A DNA stretch of 64,000 bases, from contig CAWDXG010000004.1 of assembly GCA_963806225.1 (NCBI GenBank), positions 4,576,001-4,640,000 of the forward strand. The letters are read 5' to 3'. Positions 38,936 through 50,159 of this stretch are shown piece after piece. This DNA comes from an uncultured delta proteobacterium (GTDB lineage: Bacteria; Myxococcota_A; Polyangia; Polyangiales; Polyangiaceae). The first letter of the stretch is position 1. Every line of letters starts with the position of its first letter. The translations under genes were made by a program, and so were the position numbers. The notes under the pieces are model-generated. The model saw only the letters and a list, made by a program, of their open reading frames with translations, was not told the DNA's origin and did not search any database.

Positions 38936-39862
38936 ATGACAGTACTCAGGGTCACGTTCCTCGGAACATCAGCGGCACAGCCCACCCTGCGCCGCGGTCT
39001 GTCGGCGACCCAGATCCGGGCACACAGTGACCGTCTGCTCGTCGACTGCGGCGAGGGGACGCAGCGGCAGATGCTGCGTTTCGGAACGGGCTTCCGTCTC
39101 GACCTCGTACTGTTCACGCACTTCCACGCTGACCACTATCTGGGCATCATCGGCTTTCTCAGGACGCTCTCCATGGGTGGGCGAACGGAGCCGCTGGTTG
39201 TCTACGGCCCGTCGCCCTTCGTGACGCGAGAGCTTCGCGAGCTCATCCACGTCGGGATCGGCGAGCTGCCGTATCCTGTCGAGCTCAGAGCTCTGGCGCA
39301 GGGCGACGTCGTGGCGCGCGACGGCTACTGGATACGTGCCGTGGGCGTCGATCACCGCACGCCGGCGCTGGGGTACGTGCTGGAGGAGCCGCCACGGCCC
39401 GGCGCGTTCGACGTCGCCGCTGCCCGCGCGCTCGGCGTCGAGCCCGGCCCCCTGTACAGCGCGCTGCAGTCCGGTCGCGTGGTTACTTCGCGCGAGGGGC
39501 GCGAGGTCCGGCCGGAACAAGTGCTCGGAGAGCCACGCCCCGGCCGCAAGTTGGCGCTTTCGGGTGACACGCGCCCCTGCCAGTCCTTCATCGATGCCGC
39601 GCGCGGAGCCGATCTGCTGGTTCACGACTCGACGTTCAGCCGCGAAGAGCAGGCGCGCGCCGTCGAGACGCGTCACAGCACGGCGTTCGAGGCGGGGGAG
39701 GTTGCGGCAGCGGCGGGGGCCCGCCAGCTCGTCCTGTCACACCTGTCGACCCGCTACGACACCCGTCCGCACGTGTTGCGAGGTGAAGCGAAGCGCGCGT
39801 TCGGCGGCGAGATCACGGTCGCTGAGGACGGGCTGGCCCTCGAGCTCCCGCTGGAGCACTGA
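38936..39862 (+). CDS. rnz: Ribonuclease Z
   Basis: FLGTS, DCGEGTQRQ, THFHADH, exosite PGP, SGDT, HST, HLSTRY. Confidence 0.93.
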   Translation: MTVLRVTFLGTSAAQPTLRRGLSATQIRAHSDRLLVDCGEGTQRQMLRFGTGFRLDLVLFTHFHADHYLGIIGFLRTLSMGGRTEPLVVYGPSPFVTRELRELIHVGIGELPYPVELRALAQGDVVARDGYWIRAVGVDHRTPALGYVLEEPPRPGAFDVAAARALGVEPGPLYSALQSGRVVTSREGREVRPEQVLGEPRPGRKLALSGDTRPCQSFIDAARGADLLVHDSTFSREEQARAVETRHSTAFEAGEVAAAAGARQLVLSHLSTRYDTRPHVLRGEAKRAFGGEITVAEDGLALELPLEH

Positions 39863-40736
39863 GCGCGCCCCGGGTCGCCCGGAGGCGACCGGTCCTGTCG
39901 AAGACCGGAGCCGGCGTGGCGCGCGGGGGAACCGGGGGGCGCTTTGCGTAGGCGTCGCGCGCGCTCTCGACGATCGCCATCGTCTCGGCGGTCGGGGGAC
40001 CGCTCGCCGAAAGCGCGCTCGCCGCGCCGCTCTTCTGCGCCCGGATGACCGCGTCGTCCACCGTGATGGAGCCCGTCGCGCTCTTGTGATCGCCGATGAT
40101 CAAGGTCCAGAAGCTGTTGCCCGTGTCGAACGGCACCGACGCGCTGGCGGTGTAGTGGCAGTAGCCGTCCTTGTCCGGCCCGGAGCTCACGGGCTTGAGC
40201 TGGGTGGGGTTCGGCGCGCCCAGGTAGCTCTGGATGGGGGTGATGTAGCCGACCGCTTCCGAGTCGCAGCTCTTGCCCTGGATGCGCGCGTAGAAGCCGG
40301 CCTCGACCGGCCCGTCCGGCCACATGAACACGCCGGCGATCAGCTCCCCCGGCTCGAGATGCGCGCAGCGCAGTCCGGAGTGGCATTGCATGCCGAGCGC
40401 GACGTTGGCGGCCGTGAACTGGAACCAGGGATACTGGAGCGCATCCGGGCCGGACAGCTCGAAGTCGCCGTCGAGCAGCAGGTTTCCGGGATCGAGCGTA
40501 CCGAAGCGCGGGCGCGTCTCCACCGTCCGCACCGGAGGCCCGGCTTCCAGCGGTGGATTCTGCGCGTCGGGTGTCGCGTCGGTCGTCGCGGCGTCCCCGC
40601 CGCCGGCATCGGTGGCAGCGGGGATCACGGCGTTGGCGGGCGTCTCCTCCGAGCCGCAGGCGCCGAGCAGAAGCGCGAGCAGCACTGCCGGAAGGCAGCA
40701 GAAGATCGGGGTGCGGCTCATGCTGCTGCGCTTCAT
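39813..40736 (-). CDS. Lipoprotein with carbohydrate-binding-like domain
   Basis: ATG 40736 overlaps the S41 stop; lipobox LGACGS; GNLLLDGDFE...ITVDD. The 3' end overlaps rnz by 50 bp, so the end is uncertain. Confidence 0.6.
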   Translation of the reverse strand: MKRSSMSRTPIFCCLPAVLLALLLGACGSEETPANAVIPAATDAGGGDAATTDATPDAQNPPLEAGPPVRTVETRPRFGTLDPGNLLLDGDFELSGPDALQYPWFQFTAANVALGMQCHSGLRCAHLEPGELIAGVFMWPDGPVEAGFYARIQGKSCDSEAVGYITPIQSYLGAPNPTQLKPVSSGPDKDGYCHYTASASVPFDTGNSFWTLIIGDHKSATGSITVDDAVIRAQKSGAASALSASGPPTAETMAIVESARDAYAKRPPVPPRATPAPVFDRTGRLRATRGALSAPAGARGPARPQRP

Positions 40737-42788
40737 GGCAGCTCCGTCCGCACCCACGAAAGGGCAGTCTGTTCGACGGTATCGCGGCCCGCCAGAAGGT
40801 CGGATTGCTTCGGCTTGACGACCACGTCCGGGTCCACGCCATGCGTGCACAGCGTCGTGCCGTCGGGCGCGATGGCATCCTCGATGCCGATGGACCAGCG
40901 CAGCACTCCCCACTCGGAGTACTGCATGAACGTGCCGAAGGCGCCCATGCTCGGTCCCGGCCCGAACAATTTCACCTTGGGCCCGCCCTTCATGATCTTC
41001 GGCAGATAGTCGCTCGCCGACACGTCCCAGGTGGTCAGGAGCGCCACCGGGACGTCGGTGCGCGCGTTGTCGGAGCCGAAGATGTCGTTCTGCGACTGGT
41101 ACTTGTTGAACAGAACCGTACCGGCTGCGGCGTCGCTGGGGCCGTCGTCATTGGCGCGCGTGCGGACGTAGCCGATGAACGGCGTGTACGGCTTGCGTGC
41201 GAAGCTGATCAGGATGTTGGCGGTCGGCGCGTCGCCACCGTGTCCCTCCCGATGGTCGAGCACCACGCCCCGCGCTTGCTGGAAGGCCTGCACTGCCGAG
41301 TTCAGCGCCTGCGTCACCGGGTCGTTCTGCGACGTTCCGCCGAGCAGTGTGTTCCAGATGAGCCCCTGGACCTTCTCGGCGTCCGTGGTGCCGAGCACCT
41401 GTCCCTCGATGATGGTCGCCGGATCGTAGAAGCCGTCGCCGAAGTGATGATCCGCCGGTGCGCCCGCGACCTCGTAGAACGGGCGGTTGTCGCAGCCGAC
41501 GAGGGCCGGGCTGTCCGCCGCGTCCACTTCCGGAATGCTCGAGACCTCGATGGTCTCCGTCTTGTCGTTGCAGGTGCCCGCGGAGGCGTCGCAGTGCACG
41601 ACCGTGATGCTCTTCGCATGCCGCGCGATCACGTCGCGCAGCAGCGACATGATGTTGGCGATCTGATCCGGGTCGTCCGCTTCCCAGTACCAGGGGCTCG
41701 GGCCCATGAGCTTCCTCGCCCAGGTCAGCGGGTGCTCGCCGTCGACGGCCACCAGCCGGTCCCCCTGCGAGAGCCCCCAGGTGTGGTCGGGGCCGGTGTG
41801 CGAAACCAGGATGTCCGGCAGCCCGGATTGGCTGGGTGCAGCGTTCTGGCTGGCGTCCGCATCGCCCTCGAAGAAGCACGCGTCCAGCGGCCGGCGCGGC
41901 TTGACGTCGGACAGTGCCGGGCGCGCGTACGTGTGCGCGTCGCGAAGTCGGCGGATCGCTTCGGTGAAGCGCGACCAGAACTCCACGTTGTCGCTCGCGG
42001 CGCTCATCGTGTCGAGCGTGGCTTCGGCGCTGGAAAGCGTGGTGTGCCGGAGCGCGTAGGGTCCGAACGTATCGTGAAGCTTCTGCTTCCAGTAGGCGAC
42101 CAGCTTGGTCCGCTCGGCTGCGTCCGGCAGCGGCGGATACCAGCCCCGCGCGTCGCGGCACTCGCCGCCCAGGCAGACGAGTCCCGGCCCGCAGGCACCC
42201 GCTTCGTCCAGCCCGACACAGGTCTGCGCTCCCACGTAGCTCCCGTCGGGGACCAGCTCCACTGCATCGACCTCGACCGAGGTCGGCGTGTTCGCATCGT
42301 ATGCGCTCAGGAACATGCGCGCGTTCACGCCCTGCGCGGCGCCGTCCACGCTGACCGGCTCGGTCTCCATCTCCAGCCAGTCGTCGCTGGTCACGCGTCC
42401 CGTGGGGAATGCGCGCGACGTTGTGCTCGGTGAGCCGTCGGCATAGTCGACCGCGAATCCGCCCTCGCAGTCCCCCTGCACCCAGTAGCGAAGCCGGTAT
42501 GAGCCCTGCTTGGCCGGAACGAGCAGCGCGATCGGGTAGCCGTCGGTCTTCAGGTCGACGGACAGCACGCGCTTGCCGTCCAGAGCGTGAACAGAAGCCT
42601 TCGCGACAGCGCCGCTGTCGCCTGCCGTCCCGTCCCACGAAGACGTTCTCGAAGCTTTCCGTGATGACGGCCTGCTTGTCGAACGAGAAGACGCCGCGCG
42701 TGTCGAAGCTGCCCGCCCTCGCCGGCGTTGCTGCCAACGCAGAAACCGAGAGTAGCGCCAGGGGACCGAGCGCGCGGAAGAAGCTCAT
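40733..42788 (-). CDS. Secreted S41-family peptidase with PDZ-like domain (apparent frameshift ~42630)
   Basis: Signal peptide at 42788; LRDAHT, GDRLVAVDG, VVLDHREGHGG, SASD, GPSMGAFG, GVDPDVVV. Confidence 0.75.
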
Positions 42789-42949
42789 CAGGGAGGGCGA
42801 CTATGCCATGACCCCGCGTGCGCGTGGGAGGCGCTGGGGCCGCGCGCATCGCGTGGGCCGGCGCCAGCGGAATAGTGCAGCAACGCTGTCGTGTTCGGGA
42901 GCGCGCGCGGTCGCTCTGCTGGTCAGCTCGCGCGGCGCTCCAGCGGCCG

Positions 42950-44056
42950 CTACTGCGGCACGATGACCTTCGCCGCAGTGGTCACGCCCGCGCCGGACCA
43001 CAGGTTGGCCGCGTCGAAGCTGACCAGGCACGCCCCGCCGTCGGTGTTGTCGATGTCCACGATCGCCCCGTCGTGCGAGAAGCCGTAGACCTTCGAGCCC
43101 AGCGCCGCGATGCCGTACATCTTCCCGTAGCTGGTGCCGCTGGTGTCGTTGCAGCCGGCGCGCTTGACGATCTGTCCGCGCACCGACTGCAGCACGGAGC
43201 CCGTGCTGGTGTGCCCGAGCTTGGGCACGTTGATCTCGATGAGCGTGTCGGCCGCGTCGCAGTTGGAGGAATACGGCGGGGTCGGGCAGTCGCGGACAGT
43301 CGCAAAGCCTACCGGGCTGCCGCCGTTCTCGAGGAACACGATATCGCCCGAGAGCTCCCAGGGCTGGCCGACGTTCTTGCTGTCGTAGCTGTGGCCGTGT
43401 CCGTCGTTTGCCGGCACGTTGCCGAAGGTGCCGTGCTGGCTCAGATTGCCGGCCTGGTCGATCTCCCACAGCTCGCCGGCCGAGTTGCCGGCGACCAGAA
43501 CTTCCCTGTTCGGGTCGAGCACGCCCTTCGGAGCGAACGTCAACGCGTAGAACTTCACACCGTTGGGGTTGTTGAGCGGCGTCGTGCTCACGCAGTGCAC
43601 GCTGGAACCCTGGATGGACAGCTCGTAGAACGCCGTCTGGCTCACGCCCCACAGGTTGCCTTTCCGGTCCACGGCCAGGTCGGTCATCGAAGTGTCCTGG
43701 TTCGTGCCGCCGATGCAGTCGAAGTCGCCGACGGGCGTCGCTGCGAGCGTGGGGGACGTGGGGTCCACCTTGAACAGCTTGGTGTTCGTGTGTGCATAGA
43801 GCAGCGTGGGGCCGCTCGTGCCGCCGCCTCCGCCGTCGAGCCCGCCGACTCCGATGCCGCCGCTGCCCCCGGTGCCGGCCGTCCCGCTGCCGCCGGCGCC
43901 GCCCGCGTCGGTCCCGCTGCCGCCGCCGCCGCCGCCGCCCATGCCGGAGTTGGCGGGGGCCGAACTGGCGGCGCAGGCGATGAGGGAGACGCAAGCCGCG
44001 CAAGCAAGCAGAGCGCGACCGGAGCTGGATGAAGCCACGAGAAGCCGATAGGTCAT
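42950..44056 (-). CDS. Beta-propeller-like lipoprotein
   Basis: Lipobox LIAC, Gly-rich linker, MTDLAVDRKGNLW, SGDIV, WSGAGVTT. Confidence 0.7.
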   Translation of the reverse strand: MTYRLLVASSSSGRALLACAACVSLIACAASSAPANSGMGGGGGGGSGTDAGGAGGSGTAGTGGSGGIGVGGLDGGGGGTSGPTLLYAHTNTKLFKVDPTSPTLAATPVGDFDCIGGTNQDTSMTDLAVDRKGNLWGVSQTAFYELSIQGSSVHCVSTTPLNNPNGVKFYALTFAPKGVLDPNREVLVAGNSAGELWEIDQAGNLSQHGTFGNVPANDGHGHSYDSKNVGQPWELSGDIVFLENGGSPVGFATVRDCPTPPYSSNCDAADTLIEINVPKLGHTSTGSVLQSVRGQIVKRAGCNDTSGTSYGKMYGIAALGSKVYGFSHDGAIVDIDNTDGGACLVSFDAANLWSGAGVTTAAKVIVPQ

Positions 44057-44210
44057 GAGCCTGTCCTTCACGTCATGCGGGGAGCCGCTCGACGTTCTGC
44101 GCCTGGCCGGCGCCCTAAGCAAACACGTTCTAGTCTATGCCGCGTTCGGCCCCTTCGCGCAGCTCGATACCGCGGCGCCCCGCCGGTGTCACGCGGCGCT
44201 GCACGCTTGA

Positions 44211-45257
44211 TCAGCGCAGGTCCGCGGTGCCTGTCGAGCGCACTTCGACTTCGAAATGGCCGCCTGCCACCTGGGCGGGGAGCGAGGCGAGCACCCTACC
44301 CGGAGCTGTATGGCGAACCGCGACGCGCACGGACTCGTCGTGGACCCGCGCTGGAAGGCGCCCCGCGTCGAGCGGCCCTCGCCATAGAGGGACCCCGTGG
44401 GCGTCGTAGCGGTGCGCAAACAGGTGATCGCCCGAGGTGGGATTCGGCGAAAGCGCGAGATAGCCGAGGTGGAAGAGCATTACCGAGTCCGGGGTATCCG
44501 CCACGATCGAGACCGGCGCCGCGGCACGCCAGCGGGTTGCGATCGTCCTGCCGCGCGCTCCGAAGTCGCGATCGCCGTTTTCCCCCAGCAGCTGGACCAG
44601 GAGCGAGCTCTGCCTCGCCGCCACCACCACCCAGCCGCGGTGCGGCCAGAAGAAGACGCTCAGGGCCTCGCAGCTGTCGGTTTCCATTACCTGGGCGTCC
44701 ATGAGTAGCCCGCCCTCGACGTCCCACATGCGGGTCGCCACGGTCGCGCTCGGTTCGTTGAACCAGAACAGGGCTACGTCGCCGCGCGGGCCCCGCGAGA
44801 GCGTCACCGCATGGGTCCCCGGGACGATCCCCGCCAGCGGGCGCTTCCTTGTCCAGAGCACCTTGTGATGCGGGCCGAGTGCCAAAAGGAGAGGGCCCGA
44901 TGCCGCGGTCTTGCCATCGAGAAGCAGCGCGACCGCGCCGTGCTCCAGCGAGACGCTCTGGTAGGAAAGCTCCGCCGGCAGCTTGCCGCCGAAGTGTGCG
45001 GACACGAGACCCCTGGCCTGTGCCACGCGCGGATCCGAAGCGGGCTCGAGCCGTCCGCGCTTTGCTTCGGCTCCCCATCTATCCGCGGATCCACCGCCTT
45101 GCTCCGGCTCCGGCGCCGGCGCGCGCGCCGCCGCCGAGGCCGAGGCCGGCGCGGACGCAGAGTCATGCTTGCTGCAGCCGGCATTCCACACGCAGGCCAC
45201 CAGGAACAGGGTCCAGCTGGCGAGGCCACAGGCGCCGCGTGAAATGATCACGGTCAC
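44211..45257 (-). CDS. Hypothetical lipoprotein
   Basis: Hydrophobic signal ending NAGC; globular-looking C-terminal region. Confidence 0.6.
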   Translation of the reverse strand: MTVIISRGACGLASWTLFLVACVWNAGCSKHDSASAPASASAAARAPAPEPEQGGGSADRWGAEAKRGRLEPASDPRVAQARGLVSAHFGGKLPAELSYQSVSLEHGAVALLLDGKTAASGPLLLALGPHHKVLWTRKRPLAGIVPGTHAVTLSRGPRGDVALFWFNEPSATVATRMWDVEGGLLMDAQVMETDSCEALSVFFWPHRGWVVVAARQSSLLVQLLGENGDRDFGARGRTIATRWRAAAPVSIVADTPDSVMLFHLGYLALSPNPTSGDHLFAHRYDAHGVPLWRGPLDAGRLPARVHDESVRVAVRHTAPGRVLASLPAQVAGGHFEVEVRSTGTADLR

Positions 45258-45636
45258 AAGCGTAGCGGCTGGGCTCTGCCGCGACGAGGCGTCTCGATGC
45301 TCGCAACGGCTCGTGGCGCACTTGCACTAGACGGACGCTCACCCTCTTTCCGCCGACCGGGAGCCCGATCCATGACAGGGCGCAGGTGCCGCGGATTTTT
45401 CGATGAATTCCGGGTGCTAGCGGCTGCCATCGTGCGCAATGATCTGCTACCAGAGATCACTAGCAGGATGACGAGGACGCGGAGCTCCCGGCGCTGGCCC
45501 TGTAGCTTGTCGCTCCCCGCCAGCCGCCCCCTGACGCGAGACATCGCGTCGCGCTTCCCGTCGTTTCCCGGGTAGCGCTGCGTCCCCGGCCGGGGGCGAC
45601 AAATCCGGAACGTTTCCAGACGCAAATCAGCGAGGA

Positions 45637-46920
45637 GTGAGCATGGACAACGCGAAACTCGTTTATGCAGGGAAGGACTACGAGCTTCCGATCGTCACCG
45701 GATCCGAGGGCGAGAAGGGCGTCGACATCAAGAACCTGCGCAAGGACACCGGGCTCATCATGCTCGATCCCGGCTACGGGAACACAGGGTCCTGCCAGAG
45801 CGCCATCACCTTCATCAACGGCGAGAAGGGGATCCTGCGCTACCGCGGCTACCCGATCGAGGAGATCGCCCAGTACGCTCGCTTCACCGAGGTCTGCTAC
45901 CTCCTGATCTACGGCGAGCGTCCCGACGCGGAGCAGCTTTCGAAGTTCCGCGAGGAGATGACGCTGCACACGCTCATCCACGAGGACATGAAGAAGTTCT
46001 ACGAGGGCTACCCGCCGCACGCCCATCCCATGGCGATCATGGCGGCGATGTTTGCCTCGCTTTCGACCTTCTATCCCGAAGAGGACAACCACCTCGACCT
46101 CAACATCATCCGCGTGCTGGCCAAGTCGAAGACACTGGCGGCCTTCGCGTACAAGAAGTCGGTCGGGCAGGCCTTCATCTATCCGCGCAACGACCTGTCC
46201 TGGCCGGCGAACTTCCTCAGGATGATGTTCGCCGTCCCGGCCGAGGACTACGAGGTTCCCAAGGTCTTCGAGGACGCGCTCAATCTGCTCCTGATCCTGC
46301 ACGCCGATCACGAGCAGAACTGCAGCACCTCGACCATGCGCATGGTCGGCAGCAGCGAGGCGAACCTGTTCGCTTCCATCTCCGCCGCCATCTGCGGGTT
46401 GTGGGGTCCGCGCCACGGCGGCGCGAACCAGGCCGTGATCGAGATGCTGGAGCGGATCCAGGCCGAGGGCGGCGACTACAAGAAGTTCCTCGAGCGCGTG
46501 AAGACGGGCGACCCCAATGCCCGGCTGATGGGCTTCGGACACCGCGTCTACAAGAACTTCGACCCGCGGGCGAGGCTGCTCAAGAAGGCCGCTGACGGCA
46601 TCTTCAACGAGCTCGGTATCCACGATCCCGCTCTCGACCTTGCGAAGAAGATCGAGGAGACGGCGCTCAGCGAGGACTACTTCGTCGAGCGCAAGCTGTA
46701 CCCGAACGTCGACTTCTACAGCGGCCTCATCTACCGGGCGATGGGCGTCCCGACCGAGATGTTCACGGTCATGTTCACGCTCGGCCGGTTGCCGGGCTGG
46801 ATCGCGCACTGGATGGAGCAGCGCAACGACCCGAAGGGCTACCGCATCCATCGTCCGCGGCAGATCTACGTCGGCGAGCGCGAGCGCAAGTTCGAGGACC
46901 GCGGGACCAAGAACCTCTAG
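45637..46920 (+). CDS. gltA: Citrate synthase (type II)
   Basis: DPGYGNT, HADHEQNCST, HGGAN, MGFGHRVYKNFDPR, YPNVDFYSG. Confidence 0.97.
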   Translation: MSMDNAKLVYAGKDYELPIVTGSEGEKGVDIKNLRKDTGLIMLDPGYGNTGSCQSAITFINGEKGILRYRGYPIEEIAQYARFTEVCYLLIYGERPDAEQLSKFREEMTLHTLIHEDMKKFYEGYPPHAHPMAIMAAMFASLSTFYPEEDNHLDLNIIRVLAKSKTLAAFAYKKSVGQAFIYPRNDLSWPANFLRMMFAVPAEDYEVPKVFEDALNLLLILHADHEQNCSTSTMRMVGSSEANLFASISAAICGLWGPRHGGANQAVIEMLERIQAEGGDYKKFLERVKTGDPNARLMGFGHRVYKNFDPRARLLKKAADGIFNELGIHDPALDLAKKIEETALSEDYFVERKLYPNVDFYSGLIYRAMGVPTEMFTVMFTLGRLPGWIAHWMEQRNDPKGYRIHRPRQIYVGERERKFEDRGTKNL

Positions 46921-47116
46921 CCGCGCACCCTGGGCGCCCGGCCGGCGCGCTATTTCGCCGGCCGGAGCGCGACCTAGCCAGCCGGAGCGCGGTGCGCGCC
47001 CACCCGTGGCCGCAATTGCCGTCCAAATGCGGCTCCGGGATGCTGCGGTGCATCGCGCCCTTGAACGGATCACGGAACTGGGGAAACTACCCCTCTACCT
47101 GTCCCAGGAGCTCCGT

Positions 47117-48077
47117 GTGAAGACGAGGAAGACTTGGATTGTCGGCGGCGCCGTGGCCGCAGTGCTCGCCGTCGGCTTCCTCGGCTATCTGCGGAGCGCC
47201 TACGGGCCCAGCGTCGGTCCCGACGGTTCGGCGTCCGCGTCGCCCTCGGCGCTGGCCGCGCCGCTGGGCAGCGGGCTGCTCGGCCGGAAGTGCAGTGGCT
47301 TCTCCGGCGCAGATCATGTCGCAGCCGTCGCTGGACAAGGCGATCGCGACGGCCAAGCCCGAGATGGACGATACGCTCGACAAGCTCGACGAAGGCTCCG
47401 CGCTGCTCACGCTCTGGGCGTCGAAGTACCTCGGTTGGGACGACCTCACGGCTCTGCCCGAGACCTCGCCGGCGCTGTTCCGCAAGGACCCGGCAGCCGA
47501 GCGCGGGCGGCGCATGTGCGCGACCGGCACCATCACGGAGATCCGCGCGGAGACGACCCTGGCGCGCCGTCTGCTGAGCGACCACGCGGCGCCGCTGCCC
47601 GACGTCACGGCGACCCCGCCTGGCGGCGCAGTGCAGATCGGGGGTGATCTCTCCCTCGGCGGTACCGACGCGGGCGCCCTGGGAGACGCCGGGCCGCTTC
47701 TCAACGGCGCGCTCGGAACGAGCGCGCCGGACCCGTGGGTCGTTCCCGGGGGCAAGGTGTTCTTCACCGTGCTGACGGTCGCGGGTCACGACGAGAAGGG
47801 CAATCCTTCCGACGCCGGGCCGCCGTTCACGATCTCGGCCATCGCCGTGCGCAACACCGACAAGCTGGTCGAGGGCAGCACGGGCCGGGTTTGCGGCATC
47901 CTCACCGGCGTGAACGAGATCAGCCGCAAGGACGGCACGAACGTGCTCTCGCACCGGATTGTCGGCATGTTCGATCTGCCGGAAAACCACCAGTCGCCGC
48001 CCGCGCCCACCTCCGCGGCAGCGTCCAGCGTGGCCAAGCCCGCCCCCGCAGCGAAGGGCAAGCCCAAGGAAGGCTAG
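47117..48077 (+). CDS. Membrane-anchored hypothetical protein (apparent frameshift ~47280)
   Basis: AGGAG RBS + GTG 47117, TM WIVGGAVAAVLAVGFLGYL; continues in the 47139-48077 frame (ERGRRMCATGTITEI...VCGILTG...IVGMFDLPEN). Confidence 0.6.
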
Positions 48078-48987
48078 GGCGCCGGGTGTTGCGCCGACCC
48101 GGGGTCGTGCTTCTGCGTCTTCATCAGCTGGAAGTACGCGATGAGGTCGTCCAGATCCGTCCGCGATAGTCCCGGATGCGGCGGCATGCGCGTGTAGCGG
48201 AAGGCGAGCGGGTTTTCGATGTACGCGCGGATCTGCGCGATGGGGCGGTACTCCACGATGCTCCGGGGCACGTTGAGATCGGGGCCGACGTGACCGCCTT
48301 CGCCGTTGATGGAGTGACAGCGGATGCAGTCGGTGCGGAACAGCGACCAGCCGCGTCTAGCCGGTGAGCCCGCCGGCTCGCCGTTGGGAACGGCGTGGGG
48401 GAACACCGACTCCGGTCGCACGCAATCCCGATGGAGGCGAGCTGCCACGGCCTGGGGTACAGGTTTCCGTCGGTCTGGTCCCGGCCGCTCCAGACGATCA
48501 TCAGCGGGCCCGGGTCGGCGTGCTCCGGTCCGACGCGTTGCCAGCCCGGCTGGTCGAGATCCCCGATGGCCAGGAGCCCACCCGGTTCCAGCAGCCGCCG
48601 GCCGCTGACAGGGACCGTGTAGCCGTCGCGCGCGCGGAGCACGAGCTCCTGGTCGGCGAGCGCCTTCGTGTCGAGGCCGAAGCCCTTGGTTAGAACGGCG
48701 CCGAGCGGCAACGCGAGATAGTGCTTGGTGGCAGCGTAGTCGGGCTCGTAGAGCGTGACGCGCTTCGGCCGCATCGATCGTTCCAGCGCCGCCACCGACA
48801 GCTCGCGGACGAGCTTGCCGTCTTTCAGGAAGCGGAGCCTGGCCGTCGTGCGCGGCGCCGTACTCGTGGATGCGGACGGAGCGGCTGCGCTGTTCGACGC
48901 AGCCGCGCCCGGGTCGCAGTCGTGCCTGCCGTGCGAGCAGGCCGCCAACAGGGCGAACGCCAACGTTGCCGCGGTAGGCCGGCGCAT
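48074..48987 (-). CDS. Lipoprotein: molybdopterin-oxidoreductase-like domain + monoheme cytochrome c (apparent frameshift ~48422)
   Basis: Lipobox LAAC; ARDGY...DPGPLMIVW...PWQLASI; then CIRCH, VGPDLN, MPP axial Met. Confidence 0.7.
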
Positions 48988-49060
48988 GTCGCGCATCTTG
49001 GCACGCCGGCCCGGACTTTTCCGGCAGCCAGCCCGCGAATCGGCGTACACTGCGACGTCG

Positions 49061-50159
49061 ATGCGACGCGCGCTGGCGTGGTGCCTGCTTCTGGCAGCGA
49101 GCTGCAGCTCGGAGAGCGGCGGCGCGCCGCCCACGGCGACCAAGCAGGCCCCCGTCGCCTCGACCCGCAGCGTCGCGCTGCTGACCACCACGCCGGGCTC
49201 CCGCGAGACCGACCTCGTCCTGCAGCCGGTGGGGGCCCCCGCGCCCGCGTCTCCGGCGGCCAGCTTCACGCATCCGCCCTACGCCGTCGTGCACGGCGCA
49301 GTGCTGCCGCGGACGCGCTCGGTGGTCGTTGTGGCCGACATGGAACAGCGGCGCGATGCTTCGTGGGGCGCGTGGCTGTTCCGGCTGGAGCCCGGCAGCG
49401 CGCCGCACAAGCTCGTCGACCGCGTCTACCACGCCACGCGCCCGCTGGTGCTCGACGACGGGCGCGTGTTCGTCCAGCGCGGGCGCGCCGGTCCGGCGCC
49501 CACGCCGGAGCAGGCGAAGGCCGGCGAGCTGCGGAGCGACGATCTCGAGATCGACGAGGTCGATCCGGCAACGGGCAGCGCACGCCAGGTCTACTCGTGG
49601 CAGGGCTACATCACGTACCTGGCCGGCGCGCTCGACAACGAGCTTCTGGTCTACCGCGTCGGCTTCCACCACGCGGATCTGGTTGCGATCGACGCGACGA
49701 ACGGCGCGCTGCGCGTCCTGGCGCCGGACATCCCGGCCTTCGCGCGTGATTTCTCGGTCGACGCACAGGCGCGGACGCTGCTCTACACGAATCATGAGCC
49801 CGCGGGCTGGGTCGTCGAGCGGCTCGATATCGCCAGCGGCGCGCGCACGCGCCTCGCCGTGTCGCCGCGCATGGCGCTCGTTCCCCACGTCTGGCCCGGC
49901 GCGGGCGTCGTGCTCAACCCGGCGGGTGCGCCGGGGCTCACCCGGGTGATGCGGTGGCGGCGCGGCCGTCGCGCGGCCGTTCGGCGCAGGCATCGACCAG
50001 GTGCGGACCTTCAGCGCCGACCAGAAGTGGGCGCTGGTCTCGCACGAGCTGCCGGGCAGGGTTCCCCAGCCGTTCGCGCTCGACACGGCGACCGGCCAGG
50101 TCGAAAGCATCGCCGTCGCGCCGGGTCAGCGCGCCGACATCGCGGGGTTCGTGCAGTGA
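49061..50159 (+). CDS. Beta-propeller-like lipoprotein (apparent frameshift ~49950)
   Basis: Lipobox AASC at ATG 49061; true C-terminus lies in another frame (FGAGIDQVRTFSADQKWALV...DIAGFVQ, TGA 50157-50159). Confidence 0.65.
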
